64,000 bases of DNA, taken from positions 1,056,751 to 1,120,750 of the forward strand of contig OZ316898.1 in the NCBI GenBank assembly GCA_973895155.1, written 5' to 3'. The notes beneath the pieces were generated by a model. The model was given only the letters and a program-made list of their open reading frames with translations, did not search any database and had not been told where the DNA came from. The translations under genes were made by a program, and so were the position numbers. Below, one piece after another: positions 12,951 to 25,495 of this stretch; position 1 is the stretch's first letter, and each line of letters starts with the position of its first letter. This DNA is from Marsupella aquatica. Taxonomy: Eukaryota; Plantae; Marchantiophyta.

Positions 12951-14008
12951 GTGAGATTACAACTCTTTGTTTGAATTTCTGGAATCCGTCCTTAGTTGGC
13001 TACCTGAGAATCCGCTTCCTGTTCTACATCTCTTTTTTCCTTGTAAGGATCTCCTTCCTCGGTGATCTTAGATATTCGCTGCTTTTCCGAATCCGTGACA
13101 ATGGACCTTGGAAAACTGTAGTTCATCGCTGCGTTAATGGTCTGTGGTGTATCTTTGAGTCGTTCATTTATGCATTCTGTATGTCCACTGCTTCATGCCC
13201 TCTGTCTCTTATACCTTCAGTGGGTGCCTGCCCTTATGTAGTCTCTGTTTTGTGCACCATTCGGTTATCGTAAACTTTGGAAAATTGCGGGATTTTAAAC
13301 ATTTTTTCTATTTGTTGAGTCTCACTCACACTCGGACAAATGAGTTAGTTTCACCTTGTCATCTCGTCAGCTAGGGTTCTTCGTTGAATATTTGGCCGAA
13401 CTCGAAGCCTAACATGTCATGCCACTCTTCGTGGTGGGGAGGCATGGATAGCTCAGGAGGAATGGTCTCGTTGTCTGAGCAGCTCAGGCTATGTCCCGGA
13501 TGGTCTCTCTAGTGAGTCTCGCTTGGTCTTTCAAGTGAAGGTGACCTTCTCAGTTCGTTGAGCCAAAAGCCCAAGTACTTCGTACTCAAGATTCGCAAGT
13601 TCCTGTTGGGTACCCGTGAACAACAAATTCAGTCTCTTCTCTGTCTGCTTATAAACAATTTTGTACGTAGAGATTTAGTAGATTCATTGCGTACCCTTAT
13701 CAGGATCTCTGGGGAAAATTAGAATTGGCTTCAGCGCAGTATTAGTATATTAAAATGCTCACTTGTTCGTTGATTTTGAGGGCTGTCAAGAATTTCTATC
13801 CTAAATCTCGATCAGGGCTGCTGTGATTCAATTGTTCTAAGATTTCTGACAGCTTTGAGTTATTGTTCTTGTACGGGAATTGTAGTCTCTGTCTCACGTG
13901 GACTATTTTCCCCCTATTTGGAAATTGTAAGCTGCTTTCTAGAAATAGTTACTGACGACCATGTATCTGGACTACCATGGCTCAACCTAGTTATCCCTGC
14001 CTGCGCAG

Positions 14009-14301
14009 GAGAGACGTTGGAGGAGTGTGCCTCCCGGGAGGTGCAAGAAGAGACTGGGATGGAAATAATGAATATAAAATTCGGTGCTGTGACGAACACA
14101 GTTCTGCTGGATGATCTTCAACCTGTGCATTATGTGACTCTATATTTGAAGGCAGTCCCTGCGGATCCAGAGCAGGAACCTGAGACATTGGAACCTGGAA
14201 AATGTGATGGATTTACCTGGGTAAAATGGCCTAATGTCGCAGGGCCCGTTTTCAAGCCTCTACAGGATCTTATTGACATGAACTATGATCCGTTTTTATA
14301 G
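14009..14301 (+). CDS. NUDX1: Nudix hydrolase (NUDX1/NUDT1-like), exon 2
   Basis: Acceptor CGCAG|GA. Splicing rebuilds the Nudix box GGFLEFGETLEECASREVQEETGM. The C-terminal HYVT...EPGKCDGFTWVKW..VFKPL is typical of the NUDX1/NUDT15 clade. About 153 aa in total. Confidence 0.9.
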
Positions 14302-17300
14302 ACCTGGATGAAATAGGCAGATTGTTTCTCTTTGGTGATACGTGTTCCTCACTGTGAGGTATGGAGCACTCACCTGTATGTTCGGGTCAACTGAAAGCAA
14401 GTGCGGGAGATTGTTATGTACACCTCTCGCTGATGGTGGCTACAGTACGTAAGGTTTCAAACGCACGAGTTCGTGTTTTGGACGAGAGTAAGTGTCTGGA
14501 GGTGGCAGTGTTTAGCGTTCATTGTTGCCTCAATTGGTGGTCCATCTTGAATATTTGGAGGATTTGAACTACACCTGCATGTAGGACGATAGACATCTAA
14601 GCCTTCTTCTAGTAGATGACACGAGCAGCAAAGACAAAATGTTTGCGACAACGAGGTACAAGACATGAGTTGCGGTTTGTGCATTGAATGTGAACTAATT
14701 ATACTTGAATGATTCATGCTAAGTAACCTATGCCTCCTTTTCCACCAATCCAAGTTAAACACAACGAAATGCACAAAAGTAAGGAGGGTTAATATCTATG
14801 ATATGTTTTAATGAATACGGAGCAGGATAGTTAAGTATCTTTCGTTTTTGGATCGAGTGCTGTAGTAGCTTGAGCATGGAACAAGTTCACTTCACAATTG
14901 TATCACCTGGGTCAAAAAAGCAAGCTCGAAAGAGCCTCACTTCACAATTGTATCACCCCGGTTAAACAGCAGTATCAGGACTAAAGAAACTGAGAGCCCG
15001 AAGAGTTTTACCTGGATTTGCTGTCAATATGGCAAGAACTGTGAATGTGAGACGACTCTTAACTCAATCTCCCGGGGACCATTAAGTTCCTAGAGGATAC
15101 TGTGAGTAAGCGAAACAGGGATAGAACGAAGGTATGCACTGTGAGCCAGAGTGAGACTATGATTGAGTATCCTCTATTCAGAGTAGGGGACATCTTTAAC
15201 ACAATAGTACAAGAGAGTGAAATGAGTCGCGGAGAACGAACAGTCAAGGGAGCGGCCCAACAGACATAAGTGGTGCGTGACTCGTACTGACATAGACGTT
15301 CTCTCCTACGACTAAATTCGAAACTCAAAATGAACGTGATTTGAGCTGGGTTTAAATTCTGCGCAAGTATTTCAATCTAATCAGGACACGTTTGAAGTAG
15401 TAACTGAAAACCTCCAAGTTCAGGAAGAACAGAAAGACACAACACATTTGAACTACTAGCTGAAAACCTCCAAGCTCAGGAAGAACATAAAGACATAACG
15501 GAAAGGAGCCCGTTTAAAAATACAGATCCGTTAGTCCGAAAGTTCACAAATACACATCCGTTAGTCCGAAAGTTAACCGACTGGAAAGGTATTCCAAGCA
15601 TTTTATTGCACCAAGCACTATAACCACTAGGATAATGGCAACCGCCGGCGTCAAGCGCCGTTCAAATGATACGGTTTGCTGCGTGGATGCTCAGTCGGTA
15701 ATGCCCACTTACAGAAATGTAAAGTCGAGGGCTTCGATTCCTCTCCTCCGTTGAAGTGAGAATCGATTCGGCTACACGCCCAGCTTCCTTTGCGGATTTG
15801 TAACTTTTGCACTTTGTCAAGGTTTCGGGCAAACCGTCGTTCCAAATGCGAGCTCTCCAGTTCTTTCCGCCGTATCTATTTCATTAGATGAATCGATCAA
15901 TTTCACTGAAGTCAAACAGTCTGGAAGGTGAGTCGTAATTGCGTACTCTGGTATCGTATAAAGCGTAGCGTGAATTATACAATTGAACAAGAGTGGTACT
16001 CGAGTCCGTTTCATCATTGACGCTTAATTTGGGTTTGCAGGTTGTATAGACTGCGGTTAGAGCCTTCCGGGGGGGGGGGGGGGGGGGGCGGGGGGGTGTG
16101 TTGGGTCTTCATGTGCATTAATGCGAGGTGCACCATGGAAGACTAGCACATTGCCCTGCTAGGAGAACTCGTCCAAGATCAACAGTTCGGACTGTTCCAA
16201 AAAAGCTTCGACATATTTGATCCGGGTGTTTTGGTGAGTTTCTCAGCGCGTTTCTTTTGGAAAATGTCCGTGAGTTTTCACTCAGTTGAAACTAGGTTTA
16301 TGGGTAGACTCTAATAGTACTCGTTTTTAAGTTCGGAGAGTTCAATGATACCGGATTTCGGGTTCCGAGAGTTCTTAAATTGTTGTGAGGAACGGATTCT
16401 CTTATCATTCTAGCTAGTATCCAAAGGAATACATACTTTGAGGGGGCCTTGATTTTGAAGCTTGAAGGAGTATTCTGACTGAATGAAAACTGCACTTGCA
16501 AGACTAGCACGATTGGCTATTTACATGGCCATAAGATCTTCGTTTTTGCACTGATTTGAGGAATCCAATCGCTCCACGAGATTCATAAAATCCGTCGTTG
16601 ATCAGCACTTGCTACAAATGTCATACATTCAACTTGTTCAAGCTCTCTTAGTTTCGAGGCAGTGAATGATAATACTTTTGCCATATAAAGCGTTCGTTTT
16701 TGTTTTTGAAATATCATAAAAGTTCAAAGGACGTTGCCAGAGCACTGTCATAAGATGTTAGATACTTACACGGTGGGATCTGATCTCTCAGGCTTCTGCA
16801 TCTCTTCAATCATGAAGATAGTCGGGGAAACTGTTGAGCCGGCATTACCTATGGAGACTGGCACTCCATCCAGTAGTCCAAGTAAGAACAAAGCTCGAAA
16901 GCGGCGCACGAAGAAGAACCAAAAAATTATCCGGAAATGCACCTGGATAAGCTGGAAATGGATGTATATAATAACAATTGTAATGACGCATCTTTTGATT
17001 TTGGTCGTGCAATGTAAGCTTTTGAAGGCTTATAAACTTTGCTCTTAAGGGCAGCATTTCTGTTATATCTGTTCCTTCATGGAGCATTCCGGGTTGATGG
17101 GTTGTGTACATCATGGAGAGCAGCTCCTGTTTCTGCTTTGTGTTTCTCTACGAAAGTCCATAATGGATTATAAGTGGTCGAATTCATTATCAGGCTTTGT
17201 AGCAATTCAACACAAGTGCCTACGCTGTTGAAGCTTCCATGTAAGCTGGTCAGCCAGATTCTCAGCGAATGCCACATTGCATCCCATGTAACTAGATGTC

Positions 17301-18985
17301 ATCACTATATTCATGACAATCCTAAGGCAGCGTGCAGATCTAATTGCTGTTCTAGCGTAGATCTAGTATTAAATATCAACCTTGTCTATTGTGAGAATCA
17401 TAGTGACGAAAATATCACTTCAGTCAGCAAATACATTTGTCTGACTTACTTAGCAACTATATGGTTGTCTCTTGTAACATCGAGTCATCGTGGGACTAGA
17501 GAAATCCCACAGCTTGGGTTATCATGGGATCTAGAAAGTCTGCCGTCGTTTTGTAAGGTCAGCTCAAACTTTTCGTTCAGATTTTACGAGTGAACGTGTC
17601 GTTTTGCACAGCCAAGCATACGGAGAAGCATATTGTCCACGTGTAAGGCAAGCCTATTAATGAAAGACACTTGACCCCTTACACTGAGCTCAGCAGATAG
17701 TGGACTCTGGTCGAGAATGTGAAAGAGACTCAGACCACTCCTTCCCATTCCGTTCAGTTGCTGGAGCACCTATATAATGAGGGAAGAGCAGATCTAAATA
17801 TATGGAGTCTTGCACATCTTTCACAATCTTGTGAGTCACATTAGCGGATCCCAAATCGCGACCAAGTTCGATATTTTTTCACTTCATCGCTCGGCTTCTC
17901 GTTAGCCTCCTTCGACATCAGAGCAAACAAGAAAGTTCTTGTGTCCAAACTTATTGGGGCCCCACAGAAAACGATGGACAAGACGATGGACACTCGATAT
18001 GAAGCTAGTGACTCCCATGTGTTCTGAGATGTGCCGATCACGATCAAGAGCGAATTCAACCTTGGACACTCGATCTGAAGCTAGTGACTCCCATGTGTTC
18101 TAAGCGAGGTTCTGAGAGGTTCGGATGATCACGACCAAGAGCGTACGTCGATCGTGTCCACCAGAACTTTCTTTGGGAAAACAAACGCTAGTAGCTTTAG
18201 TTTCTGATAGAGCTTTCTGAATGAGCTTCTGAATGAGCTTCGTGAATGAGTTTGGACATCATTTGCAGAGCGGAATTCATGTATCTAGACCTAGTATCAG
18301 TCATGGGCGAGTTCAGTCTTTGTCAGTTGTGTATCAGGATTTTCATTTGTATAATTGAACGCATCCATTACAACCTTGAGTCCTTGACCGCTTCATTAAT
18401 TTGACCACAAAATTTTACATGGCGTTCAATTATCCACAATTCTAACCACAACCATTGCAGCTAAGTCAGATCACTCCGGTCATCCATTTTCCCCGCACTA
18501 TGTCTGGCTTACAGTTCGAAGCACTCAAATGCTCATCCATCTAGGTCAACAGGATTAACGAAAATCCAAGGAACACTTGCAGTTTCAAAAAAATAATCAA
18601 TTAGAGCCGTTTCCATTCCGGTTGCCCCAACGAAGGTGCCGCTACCTCGTTTTCAGGTTGCTCTGTCGCCCTTCAATTCGGAAGGGTCGCTCGATCTAAT
18701 TGTCCTCAGCCGAGGTTCTCTTACAGTGACTTGCCGGCTATTCACAAATGTTGCTCAGGTGCTGATGGACGGGAAGATCGGTTCTAATCTCCGGCTCCAC
18801 TTGCGTCTCCATCTGCGTTTCTGTCTCAGTCGACACAGATTTGATGGGTTGCCTCCAGTCTCGGCACTGAAACGATTCCAGTCGAGTCAATTAACAACGG
18901 GGTCAACAAACGGGGTCTCTTCCCGCTGGGATTCACGATTCAGGCACTCAATCCGTTCACTGTAACAGTCACCGAACTATCTCGA

Positions 18986-19330
18986 TCAAGATCTCCTCAA
19001 TCTCTTGTTTAAGCCTTTGTCTGAAAGCCCCACATCAGTCTCTCCGGTCGTCAATCTTTCAGTAGATGGCTGTTCTCTCTTGGCTGGTGCTCTCGGCTTT
19101 TGTTCAGCACTTTCGAAGTCCTCTGATGGCCCCGCATATGCATCATGTGGGACGATTTTGGTTTGTGCCATTTCCGCATCGAGAACAGTAATTTCTTGAT
19201 AGGGGCCCACACTTTCGGCCACATACGCAATTCCATCGCCTAAGTTGAACATAGCTTCGGCCAATGAATCAATTCTATCCCACAATCTGGATACAAGAGC
19301 GACCAGTTCGTCCATTTCTTCCTTCGACAT
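18986..19330 (-). CDS. orphan ORF P1 (114 aa), paralogous in its 5' region to P2; possibly a truncated pseudogene
   Basis: Upstream DNA 19400-20420 aligns patchily with 26140-27190 (e.g. TTCTCGCAGGTCAACC vs TTCTCGCAGGTGAACC; shared GTGATTGG = CCAAT on minus). N-terminus KEEMDELVALV resembles IDEIDELFAII. Protein-like sequence with stops continues to ~18600. Confidence 0.45.
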   Translation of the reverse strand: MSKEEMDELVALVSRLWDRIDSLAEAMFNLGDGIAYVAESVGPYQEITVLDAEMAQTKIVPHDAYAGPSEDFESAEQKPRAPAKREQPSTERLTTGETDVGLSDKGLNKRLRRS

Positions 19331-20739
19331 TGATTTGACGGACTAGAAATTTGTTTCGTGGCAAAAGTTGGTCAGGATCCCAAGTGAGACGACTCAGTCG
19401 ATCGACAGGATTACGCTGATGACTTCAAACTTGCATCTGATACTGCTAGACCGTGGTAGCATCGATATATGCAGTCGACCAAAACTTTCTTCCAGCAAGT
19501 GCTCAACCGAGTGAAGAATTATCGACACTGATTAACTAATTAAGACCAGACCTCTAATTCTGGCTGTCTGAAGTACGTGTCATAGTAGTTCATCTAGACG
19601 ATTCGGAGTTGGATTGTGAGATTTAAAATTTTTCCTTTGTTGGAATTGAATCGCTCAAAATTCCGGGGAGGCAAAGGGTAGCTGAATTTCACTTTCCGAC
19701 CATTACCAGTCGCGCACGTTTGAATACTGTCTTTGGTCACCACTAACACTTCAACTGCCAAAGTTGGATGGTCTACTGCCTCATTGATTATAGACAAATT
19801 CTCGCAGGTCAACCGGCCGGATCACCAGAGAATTCGAATGGTAAATGACTTTGAGGACCTGAATTCCAGGAGCCGTCAGAGTGTAGGCAATGAGTGGAAA
19901 TCAACTCGCTGTGCAATGAAAAGCGGTAGTATACAGCAGATACTACCGTACTTGACTACTTGTAGTCAGAGAATTTGGGCGATTCAATCACCCTGGAGAT
20001 AAAGCTGTCGATAACAGATCGCTCACTTCATTAGTCGATGCGAAGCATTGTTAAAAGCACTTCACTTGCACTTGCTCGTGCAACAGTTCAATGACACGTA
20101 CTGCACCAGGTACCGCAATTGATGTCCTCATATGATCAACAAGTTCAAAATTCCAAACTAATAACTTGAGAGTTTCCAACAAAACTTTGGATTTTAATGT
20201 CGATCACATAAAATACGGAAAATAATTTCCGAGTGTCCCATCGTCGATATATTCCTTGGATCGACAGAAAGTGTCCATGGTCCAAACTTGATCTACTTTG
20301 AATATCTACTATGATCTACCTCGATAGAAACGGTCGTACTATCTGTTTATTAATATTGAAGGTGAAATTTCTCAGGATAACGGCCTCGACCGAAGGGCAG
20401 CGGTGATTGGTTAGACAAAAGACGTCAACAAATCCAGGCTCAAGTAGATGACTTGAATTGCAATGCATTGCATCAACCTTTTTTTTAATCCCGAAAAGCA
20501 GCTTTATTGAATGAATTACGTAAGTGAAGTTAATTGTGGTGAGATCTCAAACTTGTATCCCGGAAGGGTAATCATATGCCATCAGATTTGTGAGTTTAGG
20601 AAATGTGGGGGATGTATTCGATCAAGTGGAGTAGATTATATCAGCTCTTTTCAGCTGAGAGCAAGTTTGACAAAAAGAGTGGAGGGAAGGGACTTTCCAT
20701 TTTCCCTTATTTTCTCCAGACTATGGAAATAGATTCGTA

Positions 20740-21278
20740 ACCTCATCCCATAAATTCATGACTTTCAAAAGCTGGTCAACTAAATGATTATTTTATTATT
20801 AGGAGCTTCAAAAAGTCATGGCTTACCAGACTTTGGGCTTTTCTCAGGCCACATGTCCAATGAACCATCCAGCGAGAACCTGCAATCCCAGTTCGGAGAG
20901 GGAACAACTGGGCAACACTTCACTGACGGCCTTAATGAAAAGGGTTGCGGCACTGGTTCGCTTTCCATACAATTAATTATTAATTAAAAAATCGGACCTT
21001 CAAACTTGGCTTACCCGACTTGAGCTTCTTCAGGCCACATGTCCAGTCAATGTTCCAGCGAGAACTGGCAATCCGAGAAGTCCAAGCAGTGTAAATAGTA
21101 ACGGGTTGTTGACGCCATCATTATTTTGTAACTCCTATCATTCCTCTATCATTCCACATATGTAATAAACTTCCAGTCACAATTAGCGACCTGAGAAGTC
21201 CACGGACCAGACACTACGGCAAGTCAATTGGCGTCAACATCCTATTCTACGTTTGGATAAAATAGCCGACCACTTTGC
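20740..21278 (+). repeat. diverged copy of 59595-60070 (sequence downstream of the syntaxin gene)
   Basis: Shared blocks GGTCAACTAAAT, GAGCTTCAAAAAGTCAT, CTTCACTGACGGCC, TCCAGCGAGAACTGGCAATCCGAGAAGTCCAAG, AGCGACCTGAGAAGTCCACGGACCAGA. Confidence 0.9.
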
Positions 21279-21284
21279 TCTCCT

Positions 21285-22420
21285 GGGTTCCACTGCCAAA
21301 TAGGTCGGATGTAAGGAAGCGAGGAGAAACGGTTGTGACAATGATGCCTTGTGGATTACTTTTGCAGGGTAGCAAACACCCCCGTGAGCCGCGGTTACCG
21401 GACCCAACAATTATCTGACGTAACAACCTCATGCCCGCCTCATCCCTTCACCAAAATTGTTTCCATGATCTTTCCACCGATACTCTCACGGCACTCCACT
21501 CGGAGAGAACATTTGTAATTCGTTTTAGCGAGCCGTGTTGACCTCTGCCCACCAATACTCTCGCGGCTTTAGATTCGGGGAGGGCCTGCGTTTTTAAGCG
21601 GAAGATACTATTACTCTTACTGGTCTTGCCTTCGAGATAAGAGCAGCTCGAAGTGGATGCTGGCGGCCCTTACTTTTCCTGCCCTCAAGTTCACCGAGGA
21701 CGATAGTGTATTGGCTAAGAATTTTGTGCAGTAACCTCCTCGCTAGGCAGGGCTTACGGCGTGCATAGTGGAGAACAAGGGCAAGAGTAGGAAACTTCAT
21801 GCCCTTGAGGTCCCAAATTTTGAAATCACAATAAACCAGGGACACGAAATGACAACAAACCACAAAAAGCAGCGAGGGACACGAACAGTGTGTGTGCCAG
21901 TAGCACAGTTTGACGCAATTCGGAGAATGGCTTCGGACGTTATATGGTTAGATCCATTTTGAAGAGCTTTTGGAGTGAATGTGCCGATTCCGACAATGGG
22001 GACAGAGTCCAGAAGCCAATTTAAAACAGTGAACACTTTGAGTGGAGCTATTAAATCTTATAAACTCCGAGACTAGCTGGTGGAGAATGTTGTTGCAAGA
22101 CAAGGTTATATATATAGTCTCCGTATCTTTGAGTCTAATAATGTTCAAGCAGGGCAGAGCAGACTCCTATTCAGTACATCTTACTTTCAGTGAAATTTCT
22201 CAGGCTTACGAGTATCCCAGCTGGTCCACAATCTTACTCAACAAGCAATCCAGAAATCCATGATACGTAACCAATACCAGAGTTGTAATAAAGCGCTACC
22301 CAGGAAAAGGGGCACTTCCCAGGAGACAACCAGTACGTACCCGGCCATGCCAAAGCAAGATTGCTACAAGGGTCCAGTGAAAATTGAGATCTCCAGAGTC
22401 AATGGGACACACTTTTTATT
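21285..22420 (+). pseudogene. decayed member Q1 of the orphan Q family
   Basis: 21285-21650 aligns with 24545-24890 and 35715-35940 (ATAGGTCGG, GGATTACT.TTGCA, CTGA.GT.ACAAC..CATGCCC, AAGCGGAAG). Only weak downstream similarity (LDPF, ELL) to the 37046 ORF. Confidence 0.5.
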
Positions 22421-22424
22421 GAAT

Positions 22425-23000
22425 GTAAAAGAAATCGCAAATAAAATCTGAACTTGTACACCACGTAAATTGGCCACCTCGCTACTTACAGAGATGCTAG
22501 TCTCGCTATTTACACCTCGCTAGTTGACTCGTGGCAAGGGACTGAGAGCAATCTGATCGAGGCGATGTCACAACAGGTCACCTGGCTGGATCTGGCCTCT
22601 CTCAAATGGACAAGCGTGGCCAATATAGGTTCCACGGATTTAGAAATGGAGTAAAGCCACAAGAATCCCTCCTTTCTCTTCCTAAGGCTTCAAACCTCGA
22701 AATACACTGGACAGCCGGGGCAGTTGACTGTGTTGCAACGAAGTGTAATCAAATCCGGCATCCTCCAAGGTGAGGACGCCCAACCCAGAATTCTCCTTAA
22801 AGGAAAATAAATGCTACCGTTTCTATCGCCCTTTCAAGACAATTGCTAAAGACTTTAATACAGGAGTGTCAAGCCCAGGATCAAAGCTACTGTCAAAATT
22901 CTGGCACGCACTTGCGTATCCTCATGTGTCTTCCAAAAAATTCTTCTTCCTTTTGGATCAGTGTTTCGCTCTAGGTCCCTGCTCGTTCCTCTCACCATCC
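22425..23000 (-). pseudogene. P3: syntaxin-derived TM anchor plus 3' UTR remnant (paralog of the 3' half of P2)
   Basis: Encodes DGERNEQG...RARILTVALILGLTLL with frameshifts. DNA aligns with 25140-25680 and with the syntaxin 3' end 61045-61585. Confidence 0.8.
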
Positions 23001-23002
23001 GC

Positions 23003-24177
23003 TCAAATACAAAGAATACCCAAGATGGAAGGGACAAAAAAACGACTCGTTGGGACATCTTCGACTAGTGCTATCATCCCCCAGAAAATTGTGCTGCTCT
23101 CACTTCGGAATCCAGAACTCAAAAGAAGCCCTCGGACTGTACGAGGGGCTTCGCCAAGAGTAAATCTCGTGCAGCGAAATAATGCTACTAGCTCATAATT
23201 CAGTGCTACGACGGCGTCTATTTCCATGGACTCGAGAGCAAATTCTGGTCCAATCTGAAACATGCATGAAGACGAACCTTGGAAATCCGCTCCGTATCAA
23301 AGACAAAAAGATCAGACTGATTCACCGAATGCAGTTTGCCGTCTGCCGTGAACAATGTTTCAGCAAATTCGTCAGCAAGATTCCATACAAACTGGGCAGG
23401 CACTTGTGTCCATTTGTTGTGTATAGCACTGTAAACCTCCAACCAAATCGCAGGGTGCGTATAATCCCATTCTGCACCGTTTTCTGAATCATTATTCAGA
23501 CCTTCTTGCAGCTTCCAAAGCAATTTCTCCCTCCTCGTCAGAAAATCAAAATCATAAAAGCTTCCTCGGTAGACCAGAAGCTCGGCTCCTATTTTCTGTA
23601 TTTTATGACCCAGACGCAAGGATGGCATAGGAGGAAGAGGAGACCAAACATTTAGGATGGGATCATACACCTCTGTTCCATATACAGGTCCGCAAAGAGA
23701 AGTTCCGCCACAGACAAAAATTTTCCCATCGACAACACTGCACCCGAAGTGTTGCCTTGCTTCCCTCATACTTGTGCACAACTCCCAGCACTCCTGTGCT
23801 CCAGCGTCTCGCGCTCCGGCTACGTCCAGCACATACACTTCATCACTACTAAGTTTTAGATCAGGAGTAGACGTCTGCTCAGACTTCAATCCTCCCAGGA
23901 CATACACCTTCCCGAACAAAGTTACGCATTCGCAATTCCACGGGATTCCGCTCTCAACATGTGGGATCGGAGGGAGTTGGTGAAAAGTATTTTCTTTGAA
24001 AGAATAGGCACAGATCGCTTGCGTATCTTCTGGACAAGCACAATTCATGACAACAAGTATGTCCGGGTCCTGGACATGTCTTAGTTCAAGCAGATCGGCA
24101 TCCCTTCCTGCGTCTTCCTCGGGAATGTCATCATGAACATTACGCCATATGCTTGGCAGAAAGTTCCTGTCGCCCAT
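23003..24177 (-). pseudogene. Kelch-repeat protein (F-box/Kelch family type, no F-box evident) with a 1-nt frameshift near 23260
   Basis: Kelch motifs CVTLFGKVYVLGG, WELCTSMREARQHFGCSVVDGKIFVCGG, EVYDPILNVWSPLPPMPSLR. Adding one T to the TTT run (plus AAA 23258-23260) joins ORF 23218-24177 to 23003-23263, giving ~391 aa. As assembled it is a 319-aa truncated ORF. Confidence 0.8.
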
Positions 24178-24544
24178 GGTTGTCGAATGGATATGTGGGA
24201 GCTCAGGAGCTTCTACACGGACACACTCAATCAGTCTGCGCGCTCGCGCACTGCCGCTATTGAAACGAATGACCTACTGATGGCAAATCGACAATGGCCT
24301 ACTCGATCTCTAGAGAAATGATGAATGGATGATGACGAACAATGGTTCTGGCACTAAATAGAGTCAACCAGAATTGTCCCACAGATTTTGGTAAACTCTA
24401 TTCGGAGAAGACCCTCCTCATTCTCCCAGAGATTCTGGCGAACAATGGTGTCTGGTGTATTCTTGTCTCAAATATGGCGCTCCCTTGCCTTGTCAGAATA
24501 CTGAGTTATGGGGCGTGCCACATTTTCTCGAAGGCCTAAAAGCA

Positions 24545-25166
24545 CTCCCACTGGCGATCGTATAGGTCGGGGGGTAAGGAAGCGAGTGGGAATACTTTGT
24601 GACACTGGTGCCTTGAGGATTACTCTTGCAACGTCGCAAACACTCCAATAATGGACCCAACAAGGATGGACCAATTACCTGACGTCACAACAACATGCCC
24701 TCCTCATCCCTTGTGCACTCTGGTTCTCGCCCATATTGTTTCCATGAATAGTGCTCTCACTGCGTTAAATTTGGAGACTATATATGGTTATTGTTTGTCA
24801 AGACTTGTCGACCGCTCTCCACCAATACTACCACGGCCTTACATTCGACGAGTGCCTGCGTGTTGAAGCGGAAGATAATAGTATTCTTTAGCAACTCACG
24901 GCTCCACTTGATTCGTTGTAGTCCGAACTCATCGCAGACGTGCCTCTAGGACACCGTCAATGATCGACAGTCAAGGGAGAACGCTCAACAACGGGTACGT
25001 GATGGATACGGATCCGAATTCCGATTGGAGAGAGGCAGTGCGCCTGCGATGGCCAGAAATGCAGCTTGTCAAACAACGACAGAATGGCGAAGAACGCGTG
25101 ATAAGATCCAATCCGAATCCAGATTTGAGGAGACTTGTTGTAAACGAAACTGCAAATAAAATTTGA
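24545..25166 (+). pseudogene. truncated Q-family member Q2
   Basis: MDTDPNSDWREAVRLRWPEMQLVKQRQNGEERVIRSNPNPDL matches MDSDSHFGRKEALRRRFREMQLVEPSQTDDQEMVDPNPNPDL of Q3. It then runs into the antisense strand of the syntaxin-derived 3' UTR and stops. Confidence 0.75.
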
Positions 25167-25495
25167 ACTTGTAGAACACGTAAATTGGCCACTTCGCTAC
25201 GTACAGAGATGCTAGTTGACCCGTGGCAAAGGACTACAGCAATCTAATCGCGGCGATGTCACAACAGCTCACCTGGCCGGATCGTCTCTCAACTGGCTGA
25301 GCGTGGCCACTATAGCTTCCACGGATATGGAAATGGAGTAGCCACAATCCCTCCTTTCTCTTCCTAAGCCTCGAATTATACTAGCTGTACAGCCGAGGAA
25401 TTGCTTACGCAGTGTAATCAATTTCGGCAACTCCAATGTGAAAAACGCCAGCCCAGAATTTCCCATACAGAAAAATAAATGCCACACTTTCTATT

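Noticed and set aside
12782-13273. 163-aa ORF with a hydrophobic tail
   Set aside because: It is NUDX1 exon 1 read into the intron; splicing at 12951/14008 restores the Nudix box.
14880-15580. Several short two-copy direct repeats (also 7340-7460, 11848-11950, 17988-18140, 33825-33960, 35370-35610)
   Set aside because: Ordinary slippage-type duplications with no further structure.
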